Assembly (NCBI GenBank): GCA_035285545.1
Contig: JAYKGY010000036.1
Span: 1 to 64,000, forward strand
From: Snowella sp.
GTDB lineage: Bacteria; Cyanobacteriota; Cyanobacteriia; Cyanobacteriales; Microcystaceae
DNA length: 64,000 nucleotides
Direction: 5' to 3'
Below the pieces are notes generated by a model, which did no database searches, was not told the origin of the DNA, and saw nothing but the letters and a program-made list of their open reading frames with translations. Below, piece by piece: positions 30,944 through 40,928 of the stretch (the stretch's first letter is position 1; each line of letters opens with the position of its first letter). A program made the translations under genes and the position numbers.

Positions 30944-31621
30944 ATGACATTAATTCTCACCAATGATGATGGTATTGATGCACCGGGAATTTTGGCTCTC
31001 CGTCACGCAGTTCAAGATAAAGCCGTAATTGTTGCACCCAAAGATCACTATTCTGGTTGTGGTCACCAAATTACCGCCCATCAACCGATTCATGTCGAAA
31101 AGCGATCTGATACCGAATTTGCTGTTGGTGGCACTCCCGCAGACTGTACCCGTTTAGGGGTTACCCATCTCTATCCCGAAGCCGAATGGGTCTTATCAGG
31201 CATTAATGCCGGAGGAAACTTAGGGGTTGATGCCTATATTTCAGGAACCGTTGCCGCCGTCAGAGAAGCTGCCATTTTAGGCTTTAAAGGAATTGCCATT
31301 TCCCATTGGATTAAACGCCCTTTAGTCATTGATTGGGCGATCGCGAGTGCTTGGACGGCTCAGGTTTTAGAACAACTGTGGTCATTACCCCTACCCCCCA
31401 AACATTTTTGGAACGTCAATTTGCCCCACCTAGAACCAGGTTCCCCCCTGCCCGAAATGGTCTTTTGTGAAGCAAGTAATGATCCCTTGCCCGTTGCCTA
31501 CCAACTAGACGGAGAATTTTATTGCTATCACGGAGAATACGCCAAACGCGATCGCACGGCAGGAACCGATGTGGATATTTGTTTTTCAGGAAAAATTGCA
31601 ATTACTCAACTACGGGTTTAA
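30944..31621 (+). CDS. surE: 5'/3'-nucleotidase SurE
   Basis: LTNDDGIDAPG, GTPADC, SGINAGGNLG, SGTVAA. Confidence 0.95.
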   Translation: MTLILTNDDGIDAPGILALRHAVQDKAVIVAPKDHYSGCGHQITAHQPIHVEKRSDTEFAVGGTPADCTRLGVTHLYPEAEWVLSGINAGGNLGVDAYISGTVAAVREAAILGFKGIAISHWIKRPLVIDWAIASAWTAQVLEQLWSLPLPPKHFWNVNLPHLEPGSPLPEMVFCEASNDPLPVAYQLDGEFYCYHGEYAKRDRTAGTDVDICFSGKIAITQLRV

Positions 31622-31781
31622 TCCCCTATTCTGCTGTTGAGCAACAGTCTAATGATTTAGAGGGGTTCCTGAGATTGCTTTCACTTTCGATGAAACCCCT
31701 TTTCTCAATTTTTTTTAAGACTTCTAGTCTGTCCTTAAGCTAGCCAATGATATTTCAAGCAATACTCTGTACAAAGAGAAT

Positions 31782-32780
31782 TTAGAAATTCATCACTTCG
31801 AGTTGAACCGGAGCCGTTCCACTGTGATAAACCCCAATCGCTCTGGCCGCACCCGCCGATAAATCAATGACACGCCCACCAATAAAAGGGCCACGGTCAT
31901 TAATTCGCACCGTCACTGACTGACCATTCCGCAGATTAGTAACGCGGACTCTCGTACCAAAGGGTAAGCTTCGATGGGCTGCGGTTAGGCCATGCTGATT
32001 GTAGCGTTCTCCATTAGCGGTTCGACGACCATGAAAACCTGGGCCGTACCAAGAAGCAATCCCGCCTCGAATAGCCCGTCTCGTGGGGGTTCCGTTCTCC
32101 ATCGGATTAAACTTAGGATTCGCAATCTTGGCAACAGACGTTAAAGGCGGTGCATCCCCCATAACGCGACGTAAACGGTTGGCCATTTGTAGGGCATCTT
32201 TGCTCAAATTACGAGTTGTATCAGGCAAAATGGTGTTTTTATCGAGGGTCAAGAGAACTTCGCCCTCAATCTCGATCTGATATGTCCGTTTAGCCTTATC
32301 TACGCCTACGGTAATATCACTGGCTTTAAAACTGGAATCTTGCGCTAATGCGTTCAGATCTTCTGCGATCGCCTGGGCACGAACAACGGGATGTTCAGGG
32401 GCGGTCGGATTCGGATTATCGGCAAAGGCTTTGAGGTCAGCAACGGTGCCTAAAAAAGTCGCAATGGGAATAGTTTTGACTCGTAACGTTACCGCCAATC
32501 TTCCATCTTTCCAAGCGTGGGGGTAAATATCCGCGATCGCTTTATTTTCTTGAGATGCAGGGGCTAAAATCGTCGGCGTTAGATCTTTTTGGATAGATGC
32601 AGTCGTTGAAGTGTTCGATTCCGTGGTTGACTGAGATTGAGAAGAGGGGTCTTGATGAGTAGGATTAGTATTCGCATAGGACGGCAGAATTCCGCTTAGT
32701 CCGGCTAAACAGAGAAAAGACGCACCTAAGGAAGTAATTAAGGTTGCTGGGGTTAATCCGCTCAAAGTTGTTTTCTTCAT
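31782..32780 (-). CDS. rlpA: Septal ring lytic transglycosylase RlpA family
   Basis: C-terminal DPBB domain: [32 protein letters not shown]. Confidence 0.9.
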   Translation of the reverse strand: MKKTTLSGLTPATLITSLGASFLCLAGLSGILPSYANTNPTHQDPSSQSQSTTESNTSTTASIQKDLTPTILAPASQENKAIADIYPHAWKDGRLAVTLRVKTIPIATFLGTVADLKAFADNPNPTAPEHPVVRAQAIAEDLNALAQDSSFKASDITVGVDKAKRTYQIEIEGEVLLTLDKNTILPDTTRNLSKDALQMANRLRRVMGDAPPLTSVAKIANPKFNPMENGTPTRRAIRGGIASWYGPGFHGRRTANGERYNQHGLTAAHRSLPFGTRVRVTNLRNGQSVTVRINDRGPFIGGRVIDLSAGAARAIGVYHSGTAPVQLEVMNF

Positions 32781-33512
32781 AAGCAATGGTATGGGATCAA
32801 GGCGGCCGTTTTAAATAAAATTCAGCCAATTACTCAACAATAAAAGTCTTGAATTGCCTACTGGGTAAGCAACAGATCAAAAAAATGTCTTGATTTAATG
32901 TCATTCGTTATCAACTCGTCACAGATTAACATGGTGATCTGGGCGGGGATCATGCCAATTCCTATCGTTGAGTCCCACTAAAATTAAAAATTTAAATATC
33001 ACTTGACTTAAGACCAGCAAATATAAGAGTATGATGGGTTATCAAAAATCGCCTCTTAAAGATTTCTCACCCCTGAGTCCGATAAAGCCCGTAGAGAAAG
33101 GGCTAAAATTCCAGAAACGATAGCCGCTCAGCCTTTAGGTTGACACTTGCCCAACTGTCCCTTGGTCGGCTTTTCAGGGAATATACGGATAAAGCCTGTG
33201 TTATTTGATTCTGGTTTGTACTGAGAAATTAAACAATCCAAATTAATTTTTGATTCTTTCATAAAAAGTATTAATCAAAAATCCTGGAAAATGGCTTGAT
33301 TTTTCCCCCTTAATAGACAAGAAATATTAATTTTAATTATTGCAGTGTTCAGTATAAGTAATGAGAGCAGCCGTCGTGATTCGGGTTTGCACAAAGAAAA
33401 ATGGCGGAGGAGTTGAATCGAGTCAGGGAAAAACTTGAGCCTAAGATCCATTACCCTTTAGCATGGAAACAATAGCCGTTCTTTCAGTTTATAGATAAGG
33501 TGATTTATCCTA

Positions 33513-34535
33513 ATGGATTATCAATCAGCAGGTGTTGATGTCGAAGCCGGACGACGTTTCGTAGAACAAATTCGCTCAGGGGTAGAAAGTACCTATCGGC
33601 CAGGGGTATTAGGCAGTTTAGGCGGGTTTGGCGGCTTATTTCAATTACCAACGGGCTATCGGGAACCTATCTTAGTTTCAGGGACAGATGGGGTGGGAAC
33701 CAAGCTCAAGATTGCCCATGCGTTAAACCGTCATGACACCATTGGGATCGATTTAGTCGCGATGTGTGTGAATGATGTCTTAACCTGTGGAGCGGAACCC
33801 TTATTTTTTCTGGATTATTTAGCAACGGGTAAACTGGAACCGCAACAATTAGCCGAAGTGGTTGCTGGCATTGTGGAAGGTTGTCGTCAAAGTGGCTGTG
33901 CCTTATTGGGGGGCGAAACGGCAGAAATGCCTGGCTTTTATGGGGCTGGGGAATACGATGTCGCGGGTTTTTGTGTCGGGATTGTGGAAAAAAGTCAGCT
34001 TTTAAATGGTTCTCAAGTTCAAGTCGGCGATGTGGCGATCGCGCTCAGTAGCCAAGGGGTGCACAGTAACGGCTTTAGTTTAGTGAGAAAAATCGTTGAA
34101 AGCCAAGGATTTAACTGGGAAGATTGCCCCAAAATCTTAGGCGGTCAAAGTTTAGGCGAAGTCCTACTCACTCCGACTCGAATTTATGTAAAACCGATTT
34201 TAGAAGCCCTACGATCAGAGTTAGCGATTCATGGGATGGCCCATATTACCGGCGGCGGGTTACCCGAAAATTTACCCCGTTGTTTAGGCCCGAACCAATC
34301 GATTCAAGTTCAAGCCAATAGTTGGGAGATTCTTCCCGTTTTCCGTTGGTTAGCAGAAGTAGGGCAGGTCAACGAAACAGCCATGTTGGAAACGTTCAAT
34401 ATGGGAGTGGGTTTTGTGGTTCTGGTTCCGCCTGAGCAAGCCGATCACACCATTGCTTGGTTCCAATCCCAGGCGATCGCGGCCTATCACATTGGTCAGG
34501 TCATTGAAGGCAATGGTAATTTGATTTTCGCTTAA
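33513..34535 (+). CDS. purM: Phosphoribosylformylglycinamidine cyclo-ligase
   Basis: [30 protein letters not shown]. Confidence 0.97.
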   Translation: MDYQSAGVDVEAGRRFVEQIRSGVESTYRPGVLGSLGGFGGLFQLPTGYREPILVSGTDGVGTKLKIAHALNRHDTIGIDLVAMCVNDVLTCGAEPLFFLDYLATGKLEPQQLAEVVAGIVEGCRQSGCALLGGETAEMPGFYGAGEYDVAGFCVGIVEKSQLLNGSQVQVGDVAIALSSQGVHSNGFSLVRKIVESQGFNWEDCPKILGGQSLGEVLLTPTRIYVKPILEALRSELAIHGMAHITGGGLPENLPRCLGPNQSIQVQANSWEILPVFRWLAEVGQVNETAMLETFNMGVGFVVLVPPEQADHTIAWFQSQAIAAYHIGQVIEGNGNLIFA

Positions 34536-34664
34536 TGTTTACGTATTTACCCAAAATCGTTTAAATTTGTGATTTTTGTTGGGAACGAGTTGTGCTAAGT
34601 AAGTCAACTTAATTAAAAATTAAAAGCAAACAGAGTTTTACTGCTAAGGACATAGATGGCAAGC

Positions 34665-36248
34665 CTAAATGATTCGTGCGACTGAAGCTTGTTCTGACTC
34701 AGTAAAAATTTCTTTGAGCAAGGGAGCTAAATCATTATCTAAACGACCTGAACGAATAAATTCTGCGTAGGTATCCGACTCAATGTTTAATAAATTTTCT
34801 TCTAGTTGCTCTAAAATTAAAGCTTGCAATTGGGGATGTTCTTTTTGTTTTTTGACAATATCTTCTTCCACTAACACTAATTGTTTTTCAACCAATTCTT
34901 TTTTCGGTTGATAGAGTTCAAAATTACTGTCTCCCGATAAAACTAATTTATCTAAATAATCCACAACGCGCTTGAGAGCAGATTGACGGGCAATCAGTTG
35001 AAAATATTCTTGGCTTAAGCGGCGATCGCCAATTAAATTAAATTTTTCTAACATCCATTGCATGGTTAAACCCTGCACCAACAAGGTAAATAAGACCACA
35101 CCAAAGACCGTATCAATAATTTCTTGCCGTTGGGATAAGGCACTCGGAACACTTAAAGCCAGAGCAACAGAAACCGAACCGCGAAGTCCACCCCACCAAA
35201 GCACCGTTTGTTCACCTAAGCGAATTTGAGAGTTTGCTAACCAATTACTCAGGCCGCCAAAGCCAAAAATAATAATAAATCGGGAAATTAAAACGGCTAG
35301 AATACAAACACAAATGACATTAAAATTATCGGTTAAATTGGAAAGTTTAACTTGATCGCCGATTAATAAAAAAACAATAGAATTGACAAAAAACGCTAAA
35401 AAATCCCAAAACTGAGAAACCAATAAACGGGTTCTAGGACTCATGCCAATGCGAGAACCAAAGTTTCCTAAAATAATTCCCACTGTTACCACACCAATAA
35501 CCCCCGATCCCCCTAATTCTTCCGTAATTAAATAGGAAGCATAGGCTGAAACTAAAGTTAGAGATTGCTCAACCAGGGGAAGATCAAACCGTTGGGTGAG
35601 ATAGGATAGGCCAAACCCGATCGCGCAACCCACTCCGACTCCAATCCCAACAAAACTAAAGAATAAGGGAGCAATAATCGGCAGTGAAAATAATTCTTTT
35701 CCGAGCGGTAAACTGACTAATAAAACAAACGCAACAACGGCAACCCCATCATTAAATAAACTTTCGCCTTCCATTAAAATGGTGAGCTTTTTACTGGCTC
35801 CTAATTGACGAAACAGGGCAACCACAGAAACCGGATCCGTTGTTGATAAACTGGCACCAACTAATAAGGCAGTCGGTAGGGTTAAATTGGTCAATTGACT
35901 CAGCCCAAAAGCAATGACCAAAATTGAAATAATGACCCCAAAAACGGCAAAGAGCAAGACCGGAAACCAATTGGATTTCAACTCACGCCAACGGACATTC
36001 CAAGCGGCTTCAAAAAGGAGAGGCGGTAAAAAGATTTCTAAAATTAAAGGGGGCGATAATTTGACTAAGCGCACATCAATGAACGCCAGCCCTAACCCCA
36101 CAATAACCAGTAAGAGGGTATAGGGAATCTGACGCACCCAAGGAACAATACGGGAGAGCGTGGCGACAGAAAGAGAAACTGCTAAGACGACAACAAATTG
36201 TTCAAGGTTTTGTTGAATAGCTGCATCAGCCGCCGATTCTAGACCCAT
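34665..36248 (-). CDS. CPA1 (NhaP-type) Na+/H+ antiporter
   Basis: FLPPLLFEAA, TDPVSV, EGESLFNDG, GGLRG; hydrophilic C-terminal tail. Confidence 0.92.
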   Translation of the reverse strand: MGLESAADAAIQQNLEQFVVVLAVSLSVATLSRIVPWVRQIPYTLLLVIVGLGLAFIDVRLVKLSPPLILEIFLPPLLFEAAWNVRWRELKSNWFPVLLFAVFGVIISILVIAFGLSQLTNLTLPTALLVGASLSTTDPVSVVALFRQLGASKKLTILMEGESLFNDGVAVVAFVLLVSLPLGKELFSLPIIAPLFFSFVGIGVGVGCAIGFGLSYLTQRFDLPLVEQSLTLVSAYASYLITEELGGSGVIGVVTVGIILGNFGSRIGMSPRTRLLVSQFWDFLAFFVNSIVFLLIGDQVKLSNLTDNFNVICVCILAVLISRFIIIFGFGGLSNWLANSQIRLGEQTVLWWGGLRGSVSVALALSVPSALSQRQEIIDTVFGVVLFTLLVQGLTMQWMLEKFNLIGDRRLSQEYFQLIARQSALKRVVDYLDKLVLSGDSNFELYQPKKELVEKQLVLVEEDIVKKQKEHPQLQALILEQLEENLLNIESDTYAEFIRSGRLDNDLAPLLKEIFTESEQASVARII

Positions 36249-36323
36249 GAAATGCTCCGATTTGTATAGACCAGTCTAGAATATTTTAAGTTACGTCGTG
36301 CTATTTCTAAGAGACTGACTGCG

Positions 36324-36923
36324 ATGCTGCCTACTGTTCAACTGTCCAACCCGCTACCCACGAGTCATGATTTACCGTTGGGTAAGCCTCCTAGTCCCTC
36401 TCAATTGGGCCATCTCCAATGTCAGTTGGATATTTTGCTGTTGGCCTTAGCGTCTTTAACCCCGCTAAAAATCGGTGATCTTCAGCAAGCTGCTAAAGAA
36501 CTCAAATTAACCTCCTTTCCGATTAATGGGGCAGAGAGTGAACCGCTTTCCCATCCCCGACAATGGCGATCGCAGACGGGTGATTTTACAGTAGAAAGAG
36601 CGCGATCTTTGGTGATGTTAATCGGTCATTTAGCCCAGGCGTATCAAGAACTCTTGCGACGAGCCGTAACCTTAATGGAGCAAATGCAAGAACAGGGCAA
36701 AGATGCCACTCGCACCACCTTACTGGGAGAATATTTAGCGAATTTTCAGGACGTTTATACTGCCTACCGAATCGCAGAAGGACAATCCCTTTGGGATGAT
36801 TTAACCCCCTTTGCCTTTAAACTTTTGATTGATTTATTGTTTTATAGTGCCCCAAATGGCCATCGTCGCTTGTGGTTGGTGTTATTGGATGAAGCCCAGG
36901 GGTTAGTGTATGAAACTGTTTAA
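36324..36923 (+). CDS. DUF3038-like cyanobacterial protein
   Basis: QLDILLLALASL and LLIDLLFYSAPNGHRRLW motifs. Confidence 0.75.
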   Translation: MLPTVQLSNPLPTSHDLPLGKPPSPSQLGHLQCQLDILLLALASLTPLKIGDLQQAAKELKLTSFPINGAESEPLSHPRQWRSQTGDFTVERARSLVMLIGHLAQAYQELLRRAVTLMEQMQEQGKDATRTTLLGEYLANFQDVYTAYRIAEGQSLWDDLTPFAFKLLIDLLFYSAPNGHRRLWLVLLDEAQGLVYETV

Positions 36924-38334
36924 AGAAGTTGCCATCCAACGGTTTACCCCCCCGACCTGTACGCTGGAACTCCAAACGACGCGATCGCGGTTTGAAAAAG
37001 AGAAAAAGCCCTTACCTGAAAACGTTCGCTTTGAATTACGCTTTGATGATCCCCGCTTACCCGACGACCAACAGGTGAGCATGACGGGAACCCAAAGCCA
37101 ATTAGACCGCCTCTGTGAAGTGGTTAATAACTATATTCAAACCTTTTTAGAACAAACGTTTCGGAAAGGATTAAATTGTGCTGAAGCCCCTTATTATCAA
37201 AGCTCTCTTCTACCTGAAACCATCCTTTTTGCTCCCTCTGACTCCCTGTCCTTACATCCTAAAGGGTTACTCAACCATATTTTTTGCTTCGGGTTACTTG
37301 ATAGCGGCTCGATAGCTAATCCCATGTTGGAGTTAAGCACTTCCCAATTATTTGACCTGGCAACCGCCCTAGAAAATTATAGCCACGAACTCCGCCAACA
37401 AGCGAATACTCAACCCATTGCTCAAGAAAAGCCCTACTGGGTCTGGACAGGTACTGCTTTAATTAGCCTGGTTGCCCTTGGCTTAATCGGAATGGGTTTA
37501 AGGGAATTTTATGGCGATCAACAAGATCCCAATCCCATTGCCGCAAATCTTCCCGTTAGAAGCAAGTTTAACTTTACGGAAGTCTTACCCCCCATTCCCC
37601 CTGCCCCCTCTAAACAACCGATTCCGAATCCGAGCCTTGCGCCGAGCCTTGCAGTCCGCGATCCCTTACCGCCCCCTAATACTGTCCAAGCCGTAGCCAG
37701 TCCCTCCCGTAATCCCAACGTCACTTTAACAACACCACCTTTACGGGTTTTACCGCCGCCGCCCGTCGTTCCCCCCGCCCCGCCGAGTGTGACGATCGCG
37801 AGCAATCCGATTCAGGGCAATAACATGATGGTTATTCCCAATCCGCCTTCTGCCCAGGGACAGACCCCATTACCCATTTTGCCCCCGAATAATTCCTCAA
37901 CGGTCGGCCTAACCACACCGACCCTATCGCCGCCGCCTGCCTTGCCGCCCTTACCCGCCAATCAACAACGCTTAACCCCTCAACCCAGTCCCTCGACCTT
38001 AACTATTAATCCGATAACGCCGCCGCCCCCTAGCAATAATAATTACAATCTGCTTGATGCGATTCCCCAAGTGGCTGAAGCCCGTCAATATTTCCAAGAA
38101 AAGTGGCAACCCCCAGAGGATTTAACGCAAACCTTGGAATACCGTCTATTGATTAAGCCCGATGGTTCTTTGGATCAGTCTATTCCCTTGGGTAAAGCGG
38201 CGAGTTTGTATTTAGCCAAGTTACCTATGCCCAGTCCAGGCACCCCTTTTGTCAGCCCGCTCAAGGTCGAAGGAGAACAAACGGTTCGTTTAGTCCTAAG
38301 TCCCAATGGCAGTGTTAAAACTTTTTTGGAATAA
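36910..38334 (+). CDS. DUF4335-like membrane protein with Pro-rich linker
   Basis: RFTPPTCTL, FELRFDDPRLP, QLFDLATALE; one TM segment; long Pro-rich stretch. Confidence 0.75.
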   Translation: MKLFKEVAIQRFTPPTCTLELQTTRSRFEKEKKPLPENVRFELRFDDPRLPDDQQVSMTGTQSQLDRLCEVVNNYIQTFLEQTFRKGLNCAEAPYYQSSLLPETILFAPSDSLSLHPKGLLNHIFCFGLLDSGSIANPMLELSTSQLFDLATALENYSHELRQQANTQPIAQEKPYWVWTGTALISLVALGLIGMGLREFYGDQQDPNPIAANLPVRSKFNFTEVLPPIPPAPSKQPIPNPSLAPSLAVRDPLPPPNTVQAVASPSRNPNVTLTTPPLRVLPPPPVVPPAPPSVTIASNPIQGNNMMVIPNPPSAQGQTPLPILPPNNSSTVGLTTPTLSPPPALPPLPANQQRLTPQPSPSTLTINPITPPPPSNNNYNLLDAIPQVAEARQYFQEKWQPPEDLTQTLEYRLLIKPDGSLDQSIPLGKAASLYLAKLPMPSPGTPFVSPLKVEGEQTVRLVLSPNGSVKTFLE

Positions 38335-38399
38335 CGGGATTAAGTAAACGCACTGGAGAACCCTAAAACATTGATGTTAGACTAACCCAAGAAGAATAG

Positions 38400-38933
38400 T
38401 TGCGATTGGGTATGGTGGTTGCAAAATCCTACAGTCAGTTTCAAGAAAAATTCCAAGCGGGAAGAACAGCCTTAGAGCAGGGCCAATACCGTTTGAGTGT
38501 GGAAAATTTAGAAGAAGCCGTTAAATTGGTGACTCTAGGCTCTCGCGATGGTGGCGATGCCCAATTATGGCTGGTAATGGCCTATCAAGCGGTGGGGAAA
38601 TACCAGGAAGCGACCAGTCTTTGCCGTAAGTTAACCCGTCACCCCGATGGCGAAATCCGCAAGCAAAGTAAACAGGTTCTCTATATTTTGGAAGCCCCCC
38701 GTTTGGCCCGTCCTAAAGAATGGATGACGGAAATTCCTGATCTCAATAATGTGGCCTCTAATGACAAACCGTCCTATGTCCAGGCGGTAAGCCAGCGACG
38801 GAAAGCCAAACCCAAACCTTCGGCGATTCAGTTTGAAGATACGCGCAAGATGAATACGAAGGATAACGGCTTTATTATCGTGGTTTTATTGTTCTTACTC
38901 TTGCTGTTGGGTGGTACGATTTGGTTTAGTTAA
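38400..38933 (+). CDS. TPR-like protein with C-terminal membrane anchor
   Basis: Helical repeats (AGRTALEQGQY, LVMAYQAVG) and a hydrophobic C-terminus. Confidence 0.7.
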   Translation: MRLGMVVAKSYSQFQEKFQAGRTALEQGQYRLSVENLEEAVKLVTLGSRDGGDAQLWLVMAYQAVGKYQEATSLCRKLTRHPDGEIRKQSKQVLYILEAPRLARPKEWMTEIPDLNNVASNDKPSYVQAVSQRRKAKPKPSAIQFEDTRKMNTKDNGFIIVVLLFLLLLLGGTIWFS

Positions 38934-38971
38934 ATGGAAAGGTTACGTCATCACCAACGGACGCTAAGGGT

Positions 38972-39397
38972 ATGCAATACTGGCTATTTCAAGGAAATCC
39001 TAAATATTATCGAATTGTGGATGCGATTCGTTCCTTGGATTCCATGCCCTGGTTGGTGACTCGTTATGCGGACAAAATGCAGGTCGGTGACGGAGTGTTG
39101 ATCTGGATCGCAGGCCCTGATGCGGGGATTTACGCGATCGCCGAAATTGTTGAAACTCCCAAAATTTTAGACACCATACCCGATCTGGAATATTGGACAA
39201 CGCCCGTGAGTGCAAAAAAAGACAAACCCCGCGCCCAGTTACGATTCCTGAGAAAATTACTGGGTCAACCCCTACGGAAGCATGAATTAAAGCAAGACCG
39301 AATTTTAAAAGACCTTTTAGTGATCAAAGCCCCCAACAGCACCAATTTCAAAGTTACCCCAGAACAATGGGAGCGAATCTATCAACTCAAAGGTTAA
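38972..39397 (+). CDS. EVE (PUA-like) domain protein
   Basis: YWLFQGNPKYY, MQVGDGVLIW, GIYAIAEI, NFKVTPEQW. Confidence 0.8.
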   Translation: MQYWLFQGNPKYYRIVDAIRSLDSMPWLVTRYADKMQVGDGVLIWIAGPDAGIYAIAEIVETPKILDTIPDLEYWTTPVSAKKDKPRAQLRFLRKLLGQPLRKHELKQDRILKDLLVIKAPNSTNFKVTPEQWERIYQLKG

Positions 39398-39522
39398 ATT
39401 TTTAAGATTAAGTCTCTCTCTTAAGACAGAGTTTCTCGTCACTTCAAAAAATAATGCTTACCAAATATGTAGAAAATTTGATAATCTAAGCTAAATAGCC
39501 TTGGGATGATAATTAGAAAAGC

Positions 39523-40686
39523 GTGAATATTACTATTGGACGGGGAAAAATCGCCCGCCGAGCCTATGGCATCGACGAAATTGCACTAGTCCCCGGAGTG
39601 CGTACTTTAGATCCGAGTTTAGCTGATACACGCTGGACAATCGGTGGCATTGAACGAGAAATTCCGATTATTGCCAGCGCAATGGATGGCGTAGTCGATA
39701 GCCAGATGGCAACCCTGTTGTCAGAATTAGGCGCATTAGGCGTAATCAATTTAGAAGGGATTCAAACCCGTTACGAAGATCCAAACCCCATACTGGATCG
39801 GATTGCTTCGGTCGGGAAATCGGAGTTTGTCGGTTTAATGCAAGAACTCTATTCAGAACCGATTAAACCTGAATTAATCCAAAAACGCATTGCTGAAGTT
39901 AAAGAAAAAGGTGGGGTTGCAGCCGTTAGTTTAACCCCCTTAGGCGCTTCTAAGTTTGGCCACGTAGTAGCAGAAGCCAAAGCAGACTTGTTATTTATTC
40001 AAGCAACGGTTGTTTCGACAGATCACCTCTCTCCTGAATCGATCGCGACTTTGGATTTAGGGAAACTGTGCCAAGAAATGCCCATGCCCGTCATCTTAGG
40101 AAACTGTGTCACCTACGAAGTGGCATTAAGCCTCATGAAGACCGGAGCCGCCGCCGTTCTCGTGGGAATTGGGCCAGGGGCTGCTTGTACTTCCCGTGGC
40201 GTTTTGGGGGTCGGTGTTCCCCAGGCAACAGCCGTAGCCGATTGTGCAGCCGCTAGGGATGACTACTATGCAGAAACGGGGCGTTATGTTCCGGTGATTG
40301 CCGATGGTGGCATTATTACGGGTGGCGATATCTGTAAATGTATTGCCTGCGGTGCGGATGCGGTTATGATTGGTTCCCCCATTGCCCGTGCTGCCGAAGC
40401 CCCTGGTCGGGGTTATCACTGGGGAATGGCAACCCCAAGCCCTGTGTTACCCCGTGGAACGCGCATTAGTGTCGGAACAACGGGAAGCATCAAGGAAATC
40501 CTCACCGGGCCTGCCAAATTGGACGATGGAACTCATAACCTTTTGGGTGCTCTAAAAACCAGTATGGGAACCTTAGGCGCGAAAAACATCAAGGAAATGC
40601 AACAGGTGGAAGTGGTGATTGCCCCATCGTTGTTAACTGAAGGGAAAGTTTACCAAAAAGCCCAACAATTAGGAATGGGTAAATAA
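39523..40686 (+). CDS. guaB: IMP dehydrogenase family protein (GuaB3 type)
   Basis: [22 protein letters not shown] motifs; no CBS pair. Confidence 0.92.
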   Translation: MNITIGRGKIARRAYGIDEIALVPGVRTLDPSLADTRWTIGGIEREIPIIASAMDGVVDSQMATLLSELGALGVINLEGIQTRYEDPNPILDRIASVGKSEFVGLMQELYSEPIKPELIQKRIAEVKEKGGVAAVSLTPLGASKFGHVVAEAKADLLFIQATVVSTDHLSPESIATLDLGKLCQEMPMPVILGNCVTYEVALSLMKTGAAAVLVGIGPGAACTSRGVLGVGVPQATAVADCAAARDDYYAETGRYVPVIADGGIITGGDICKCIACGADAVMIGSPIARAAEAPGRGYHWGMATPSPVLPRGTRISVGTTGSIKEILTGPAKLDDGTHNLLGALKTSMGTLGAKNIKEMQQVEVVIAPSLLTEGKVYQKAQQLGMGK

Positions 40687-40720
40687 TTTCTTTTTACAAT
40701 TACCTCGATTCTGTATTTAC

Positions 40721-40748
40721 CCCCTAAAATCTAATTTAGGGGTTTTTT
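40721..40748 (+). terminator. Intrinsic terminator after guaB
   Basis: CCCCTAAA-ATCTAA-TTTAGGGG hairpin followed by TTTTTT. Confidence 0.8.
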
Positions 40749-40928
40749 AATGATTCTGCTAGAAAAAAGCCTATTCAACCAAGGCGCGAGAAGTAAACCT
40801 TATTGGGCGGGATTGACTCCTGACTTTTGATACATGAATGACACCGGGTTTTTCCGTCAATTCGTTTACCAGTAACCTCTTTAACCTACTTTTTAAAGTA
40901 AAATAGACCGACATTCAGTATCACGACA

